DNA from: a virus
Lineage: Duplodnaviria; Caudoviricetes
Virus record (IMG/VR): IMGVR_UViG_3300020399_000003
Span: 9,994 to 73,993 of that record
Reading direction: 5' to 3' (one strand)
DNA: 64,000 bases
Positions within the stretch are counted from its first letter, which is position 1. Each line of letters starts with the position of its first letter. The notes below the pieces were generated by a model. It was not told where the DNA came from. It saw only the letters and a list, made by a program, of their open reading frames with translations, and did not search any database. A program made the translations under genes and the position numbers. Of the stretch, positions 58,963 to 64,000 are shown one piece after another.

Positions 58963-59772
58963 TCAAGCAGATTTTTGCTCATTGTCAGGTTCAATGTCTA
59001 TTACATCTGTCTCAACCTTAGCTGCGATAATTTCACTATGCGCTATTTCTTTAGCACTAGACTGTCCATTCATAATCATCTTTAATTGCTGTTGTGCTAG
59101 TGCTTTCGTTGTTGCGCGCAAGTCTTCAACAACGTCATTATTATAATTAACTTCTAATTCTACTTTAGAAATAGCAGGGGCAGCTAAGTTTGTAATCAAA
59201 GTCTCAGCTGCCTTCTGTCTAACCATCTCAGACTTAGCTGTATGCATTAAGTCTGCCTGCACGTTAATAGCTTCCTGGTAGACATGAGCATTAAGTATAT
59301 GGGTAGGTACCATAGTTTGCTCAAAAATTTTAGTGATCAACTGCGAATTAGCATAATTTTGAGCAAAGGAAGCTATTTGCGAAGTTGAAGTGCCCTTGTC
59401 TACCAAACCTTGATACCTATCCGGGAATACTTTGCTATAAGCTGTTGATGTTGTATCTCCTAGTAATTTAAGACTCACAAATTTAACTGCATTAACATAG
59501 GCTGTTAAACTAAATCTACCGCCAGAAAGAACATTAGCGAAGCTTAATGTATTGTCCCTAAATACTCTTCTTAATTCACTATCAGGTTCAGCATTAATAA
59601 TATCAACGACATTATCAGTTAAGTGCTTCCTAAAACGTTTATCAGGCAATGCACCTGCTAGCATATCTTTAGTTAAGTTATCGCTATTTTCAGTATTTGA
59701 AACCTGTGTTGCTACATCAGGTAAGTTACTTAGTTGCATGACAGACCTCATCCCATTTCTGAAGTAAAACAT
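58963..59772 (-). CDS. N4 gp69-like protein (putative small terminase); start probably at MQLSNL
   Basis: YVNAVKFVSLKL...AYSKVFPDRY; SEMVRQKAA; synteny. Confidence 0.7.
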   Translation of the reverse strand: MFYFRNGMRSVMQLSNLPDVATQVSNTENSDNLTKDMLAGALPDKRFRKHLTDNVVDIINAEPDSELRRVFRDNTLSFANVLSGGRFSLTAYVNAVKFVSLKLLGDTTSTAYSKVFPDRYQGLVDKGTSTSQIASFAQNYANSQLITKIFEQTMVPTHILNAHVYQEAINVQADLMHTAKSEMVRQKAAETLITNLAAPAISKVELEVNYNNDVVEDLRATTKALAQQQLKMIMNGQSSAKEIAHSEIIAAKVETDVIDIEPDNEQKSA

Positions 59773-60043
59773 TATGATTAGCGTCCGGAGAGTAACACTC
59801 GTGAGGTGACATCATCCAAGTATCCTCATTGAGTTGCACTATAATTCCGGCTTCTTCTAGCTCATTCCAGTACTTATTCCAAGTTCTAGAGTCTTTAATC
59901 CAATCAACAAGTTTATCTGTAAAGTCCTTCTTGTTGATTTCATTATCTTTATTGCACATTAACGTTAGAGGCAGCAGTAGTGCGCATGCTGTAGTACTTC
60001 CACTCCACTCCCAACTAGTCTCTAAATTAATATATTTACTCAT
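59726..60043 (-). CDS. Winged-HTH/RepL-like protein
   Basis: Similar to 60351..60728 (LLL-x-L...N-x-I, MMSP). Confidence 0.4.
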   Translation of the reverse strand: MSKYINLETSWEWSGSTTACALLLPLTLMCNKDNEINKKDFTDKLVDWIKDSRTWNKYWNELEEAGIIVQLNEDTWMMSPHECYSPDANHNVLLQKWDEVCHATK

Positions 60044-60191
60044 CTACCTTTTCTTCTTCCTCAGCTTCATCGATTTCATCGTTAATATAGTCGCCTATTA
60101 CATCACCTAATGTGTTAGTTAATATACCAACACCGACATTAGTAGCTATTGTACATCCATTTAGCATTAATACAAATAACAAGTATTTCAT
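60036..60191 (-). CDS. Small lipoprotein (51 aa)
   Basis: MKYLLFVLMLNGC lipobox; ATGA overlap; acidic tail. Confidence 0.6.
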   Translation of the reverse strand: MKYLLFVLMLNGCTIATNVGVGILTNTLGDVIGDYINDEIDEAEEEEKVDE

Positions 60192-60463
60192 TTTTTTGAC
60201 TTATAAGGAGCAATAGGTTTCTCGCGCACAGCAAGCTCCGGCCATCTTTCCGTTATCTCAGATACATACTGCCTAGATAAACCATAGACCTTAGCAACAT
60301 GTGCTTTACGGTTACCTTCTCTTACCGCTTCTAAAACATGTGCATCCCTGTCACTCGGTACTGTTCTCCTGGGCCGACCTCTCATGATTGACCTCTCTGA
60401 TACCCTTAGTTGTTTGGGTATCCCACATATGTTTAACAACATAGTATTGTTTATCCGTCCCAT
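60188..60463 (-). CDS. Small HTH DNA-binding protein
   Basis: RGRPRR...RKAHVAKVYGLSRQYVSEI. Confidence 0.6.
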   Translation of the reverse strand: MGRINNTMLLNICGIPKQLRVSERSIMRGRPRRTVPSDRDAHVLEAVREGNRKAHVAKVYGLSRQYVSEITERWPELAVREKPIAPYKSKK

Positions 60464-60728
60464 TAAACAATATATCTGGGTTAAGCATATACTCTTTCTT
60501 CGTGTACTTCCTAATAAAATCTAATTGTTTCAACGTTCTTAGCCCTCGATTAAATATATGGAGGTTCCCTCCAGCCAGTTTAGAAATACTCTCCGGAGTC
60601 CCCTCAATAATATTATTTCGATTGATCTGATACATTAACTTCAATAGAACCAGCCCGGCTGTATTCGGCAAATTAGCCTTAGCTACATGCAAAGCTGCAT
60701 GCGAGGTTAGCTGCAGTTTATTAAACAT
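60351..60728 (-). CDS. Winged-HTH/RepL-like protein
   Basis: LLKLMYQINRNNII...GLRTLKQLDFIRK...YMLNPDILFNG. Confidence 0.5.
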   Translation of the reverse strand: MFNKLQLTSHAALHVAKANLPNTAGLVLLKLMYQINRNNIIEGTPESISKLAGGNLHIFNRGLRTLKQLDFIRKYTKKEYMLNPDILFNGTDKQYYVVKHMWDTQTTKGIREVNHERSAQENSTE

Positions 60729-60906
60729 TCTTCGTTCCTCGTTTACCTATACAAATATTGCAATATTTTTTATTTGAAGTCTTCACCTTACAGGTAGGAC
60801 ACGGATGGGCCACAAACCTTCTATTAGGTTTAGCGTCAGCATCAAACTCCGGCTGAACAATCCTTAGTAGATTCCCTTTCCCATCAAATATTTTAACTTG
60901 ATACAT
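60721..60906 (-). CDS. Small Zn-ribbon protein
   Basis: CPTC...CNIC; VKIFDGKGNLL N-terminus. Confidence 0.6.
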   Translation of the reverse strand: MYQVKIFDGKGNLLRIVQPEFDADAKPNRRFVAHPCPTCKVKTSNKKYCNICIGKRGTKNV

Positions 60907-60914
60907 AAATAGAT

Positions 60915-61016
60915 CTACTCCTTCCAGATTCCCATGTTCACTACCCCAGCATCGTAGCTAAAAAAATACCAAGCTACATATGCTGTAATTCCGAGTGCTA
61001 TAATCCATTTAGCCAT
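60915..61016 (-). CDS. Tiny membrane protein (33 aa)
   Basis: AAGGAG RBS; MAKWIIALGITAYVAWYFF. Confidence 0.5.
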   Translation of the reverse strand: MAKWIIALGITAYVAWYFFSYDAGVVNMGIWKE

Positions 61017-61206
61017 AACTACTCCTTTAAGTATTAATTAGCAAAACACCACATTAATATACCTATTTCTTGCATAATGCAACATTAAAATCATCCTAAT
61101 AGTAAATATGCGATTAAACTAGCCATCTTAATAGCATATATGCGATTGTAGATCTTGTAACTTATTGTATCTAAATCTGTTACAGACCACTAAGAAAGAG
61201 AAGAAC

Positions 61207-61219
61207 AGGTCTCCGACCT
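61207..61219 (+). promoter_or_regulatory. Candidate N4-type vRNAP hairpin promoter
   Basis: Minus (template) strand AGGTC-GGA-GACCT: 5-bp stem with C-GGA-G loop. Confidence 0.5.
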
Positions 61220-61316
61220 TCGGACTCCTAAAGGAGCCCTTAGGCCTCGACCTTTATTTCCCCCATAACAATAAATCTACCTTACTTATACATATATAGA
61301 TGAGCTTCACTCCACT

Positions 61317-61329
61317 TGGGCTGCGCCCA
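61317..61329 (+). promoter_or_regulatory. Candidate N4-type vRNAP hairpin promoter
   Basis: Template strand TGGGC-GCA-GCCCA: 5-bp stem with GNA triloop. Confidence 0.45.
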
Positions 61330-61477
61330 GCTCCGTTCGCTCTTACCCCATTTCAATTTTCTATAGCCCGCGTGAAAAATATTATTTCTAGGTGTAAGTG
61401 CAGTACTAACTGACAGAGTCAGGAGGGCGGGAAACTACCCCCGCCCTCAAAAAGAAAAAGGATTCTTTTACACATGA

Positions 61478-61500
61478 GAACCGGGCTTCGCTTATCAGGC
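61478..61500 (+). repeat. ACC-NN-GCTTCGC-WTA motif, copy 1 of 4 (others at 61936, 62615, 63783)
   Basis: Four intergenic copies in the early region; template strand reads GCGAAGC. Confidence 0.7.
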
Positions 61501-61533
61501 ATGTGCCAACAACTATAGTTAAGGAGATTTAAA

Positions 61534-61785
61534 ATGAAAGATCAAAACGATATATCCGTAGTAGAAACAACTGGTGAGATGCTCAACAGTATCATGCGTA
61601 CTGGCATCTCTTCTGGCAATACCGTCTTCAATCTGGTAGCTACGTGCGAAGATGACTCACTAACAGTACGCTTAAGTTCTGGCTTGAAAAACCAGGACAA
61701 AGTTCAGCTGTTAATTGATAACGCTGTAGACCCTGTTAAAGCCCAGGCATTCTACGACAAAATCCGCGCTGAAACGCGTCGATAG
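61534..61785 (+). CDS. Early hypothetical protein
   Basis: AAGGAG RBS; 83 aa. Confidence 0.7.
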   Translation: MKDQNDISVVETTGEMLNSIMRTGISSGNTVFNLVATCEDDSLTVRLSSGLKNQDKVQLLIDNAVDPVKAQAFYDKIRAETRR

Positions 61786-61791
61786 GCTCTT

Positions 61792-61830
61792 AGCCCTTCC
61801 CAGAACATCGGGAAGGGCTTAACCTTTTTA
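61792..61830 (+). terminator. Rho-independent terminator
   Basis: AGCCCTTCCC / GGGAAGGGCT stem followed by TTTTTT. Confidence 0.75.
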
Positions 61831-62131
61831 TTTAAGTAAAAAGAAACACAAATCTAAATCAAATACACAAGGGAAGATAGTACCAAGGAAGATCATACAA
61901 GTACTCTATTCATACATTTCATCAAAAAACACCAAGCTTCGCATAGTAGGTGGTGAATGAACATCACTTAATATTCAGTGTTCTCTTGTGTATCGGCTGA
62001 TCTTGGACCAGAGCTAGCATATGTCGTGATTTGCTACCACTGTATGTCTAGTTGAGGGCTGCTGTTATCACCTTCACAATTGTCTGTGAGACGGTCGCAT
62101 ACATAAGAGAACTCCATTTTAGGAGATTGAA

Positions 62132-62326
62132 ATGGATTACGCACAACTGATTGCTGAAGAAGCACGTTTAGTTCAATTATTGAATGAGCCTTATATTCTT
62201 GCTAATGAAAAGCAAGAGGCAATAGTAATTGATCAACTGAACGATGTGCAGGCAAGAATCTTTGACCTGCAAGAAGATTGTGTCCGATCTTACGGACATA
62301 CAATAGGTAGTTTACTGGCTGCCTAA
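62132..62326 (+). CDS. Early hypothetical protein
   Basis: AGGAG RBS; 64 aa. Confidence 0.7.
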   Translation: MDYAQLIAEEARLVQLLNEPYILANEKQEAIVIDQLNDVQARIFDLQEDCVRSYGHTIGSLLAA

Positions 62327-62329
62327 TCA

Positions 62330-62410
62330 AATATGCAGGGCAGTGTCTTGGGCTAGAGCTTGTATAGTATCGTCTAGTTAAGGGACGACCCAAACGCTGC
62401 TCTGCATATT
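62330..62410 (+). other. Long RNA stem-loop (RNase III-like site or ncRNA)
   Basis: AATATGCAGGGCAGTGTCTTGGG / CCCAAACGCTGCTCTGCATATT, with G-U pairs and one bulge. Confidence 0.55.
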
Positions 62411-62441
62411 AATATTAATACTTATATAACGGAGGTATCTC

Positions 62442-62603
62442 GTGGCTACATTTAATCATTATCAAAGATCATTATCTAATCCAAATGTGCGTAGGAGATA
62501 CGCACGTTATTGTAAACGTATAACAATCATGGATATCGCTGGATCAGTCATGCTATTTGGATTAGCTGGAGCTGTTGGTTGGATATGCATGGCTATATTC
62601 TAA
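62442..62603 (+). CDS. Early small membrane protein (53 aa, GTG start)
   Basis: GGAGG RBS; C-terminal TM. Confidence 0.6.
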   Translation: MATFNHYQRSLSNPNVRRRYARYCKRITIMDIAGSVMLFGLAGAVGWICMAIF

Positions 62604-62997
62604 CCCAACACCTTGCTTCGCTTATTGGACGGCACGATAACCACCGTTTATTTACCCTAGTCGTAGGGTTATCACAACGCCTGAGCATGCGTAAAACTGC
62701 TCAACTACTCTAATAGGAGATAGAACAATGCATAAATTGTAACTCAAATGTCAGTTAAAGCGGTGAACGGTATCTCTGCACCGAACACCTATGGCATCGC
62801 ATAAGCAAGATGCAAGCAACCTAGAATCCGATAGGTTGCCCAAGGAGAAAGAGGCACCCTTTGTACGCTTAATAAGTAGTCGTTCCAGTATTATTAAGAT
62901 GAACTCTCTGTGGGCTAGCGGTCCAACCCGTGAAACTAAAATGGCGGTAGGTCTTTTGACCTCTATAACCTAAAACCTAATATCAGGAGATAATATA

Positions 62998-63294
62998 ATG
63001 CTTTTATACGGACAGGATGACCATTTAGATGATAATTGTACCCCAGATAATAGACATTGGCAAGATAACCATGTACCACAATGGACAACCCTTAAGAAAC
63101 AGCATGCATTAAGGGGACGGTTATTAACTAAACTCAGGGCTGAGCTAGATGCAGTTAAAGCTGAGAATAAACTATTAATGGCTGAGACTGAATCGCTTAA
63201 ACGCAGTCGTCAGGACTTAGTCGATAGAATTGTAGAGCTCGTTCCTGAGATAAAATACTCGCATTACCTCAAGGAGAAAGGAGACCGATCATGA
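62998..63294 (+). CDS. Early coiled-coil protein
   Basis: AGGAG RBS; heptads. Confidence 0.7.
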   Translation: MLLYGQDDHLDDNCTPDNRHWQDNHVPQWTTLKKQHALRGRLLTKLRAELDAVKAENKLLMAETESLKRSRQDLVDRIVELVPEIKYSHYLKEKGDRS

Positions 63295-63491
63295 CATTAC
63301 TTGAATTGATATTCATTTGGATCATTCCAATAGCCTGTCTTATCTCAGCAATTACCTTTGGGATAGGAGAGGTTAGAAAGGATGAAGAAACTATCAAACA
63401 ACTAAGATTAGAAAAAGAATTAGGCTTGAAAGAAACCATTAAACAATTAAAAGAGGAGCTAAAACAATGTCACAAGCAACATTCTGTTTAA
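63291..63491 (+). CDS. Early small membrane protein
   Basis: N-terminal TM; ATGA overlap. Confidence 0.65.
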   Translation: MTLLELIFIWIIPIACLISAITFGIGEVRKDEETIKQLRLEKELGLKETIKQLKEELKQCHKQHSV

Positions 63492-63670
63492 TAGTATCAT
63501 CCGGTGCAGTAGCTGCAACGTACTTCTGGTACAAGGTCTGTGACCTAATCAAACGTATTGATCGTATTGAAGTTACTATGGCAATGGACGATGCTTATGA
63601 TTCCCAACCACTCACGGACGATGAAGGCAACATCGTTCATCCAGCCCATTTAGATCCTGAACTTCGCTAG
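63467..63670 (+). CDS. Early small membrane protein
   Basis: GAGGAG RBS; N-terminal TM. Confidence 0.65.
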   Translation: MSQATFCLIVSSGAVAATYFWYKVCDLIKRIDRIEVTMAMDDAYDSQPLTDDEGNIVHPAHLDPELR

Positions 63671-63682
63671 ATGCCCATCCAA

Positions 63683-63722
63683 TAGGCGTACTCCTTTAGG
63701 GGTACGTCTACCTTCCTTTTAC
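63683..63722 (+). terminator. Rho-independent terminator
   Basis: TAGGCGTACTCC / GGGGTACGTCTA stem followed by CCTTCCTTTTT. Confidence 0.65.
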
Positions 63723-63881
63723 TAAAAGATAGACTCCTGAGCTAACTGATAGTGCCACACCTTAAATCAAAATCAAAACCGTGCTTCGCATATCGGGTGC
63801 TTTTATAAGCATCTTCCCTATATCAGGGAGTGGACGGCTAATAACAGTCGTCTTTATACCTTAAAACCTTTGGAGGTTAAA

Positions 63882-64000
63882 ATGACAGTAGAAACAGTAG
63901 TAAATAATGGTGCAGAAGCTACAAATAGCAAGTTTAGCTTTGATGAAGGTCAAGCTGAAGTGGTTCTGTTTGATCTTGGTGAAAATTCCGGTCATTACTT
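63882..64000 (+). CDS. Early hypothetical protein, runs off the window
   Basis: GGAGG RBS, ATG 63882, open to the end. Confidence 0.6.
   Translation, partial: MTVETVVNNGAEATNSKFSFDEGQAEVVLFDLGENSGHY

Overview
AT-rich DNA from an N4-like phage (Schitoviridae-type architecture), apparently circularly permuted. + strand 1-11.2 kb is the replication block: family A DNA polymerase (5' end cut off), RecD/Dda-like helicase, PD-(D/E)XK nuclease, N4 gp43-like primase, AAA ATPase, SSB and RuvC-like resolvase, plus an aberrant tRNA-like element. - strand 11.2-61 kb is the late block: a 4506-aa Cys-free virion RNA polymerase with an extra N-terminal lytic-transglycosylase + LysM module, ejection/virion proteins, major capsid, portal, an ACP-like gene, a membrane/exported-protein cluster, tail genes and terminase. 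A short + strand island (HU/IHF, Zn-ribbon protein, M15 endolysin) interrupts it. From about 61.2 kb there are hairpin-promoter-like elements and small early genes. The standout is a tightly coupled ~9.5 kb operon among the tail genes (42053-51613). It holds four tandem tail-fibre-like proteins ending in Asn-Cys repeat arrays and a CACNC terminus, then an Ig-like protein, a radical SAM/SPASM enzyme, six intact 2OG-Fe(II) oxygenases and one oxygenase split into two order-swapped halves. I infer a RiPP-like system that post-translationally modifies virion fibres. All family assignments come from motif recognition by eye; no database search was run.
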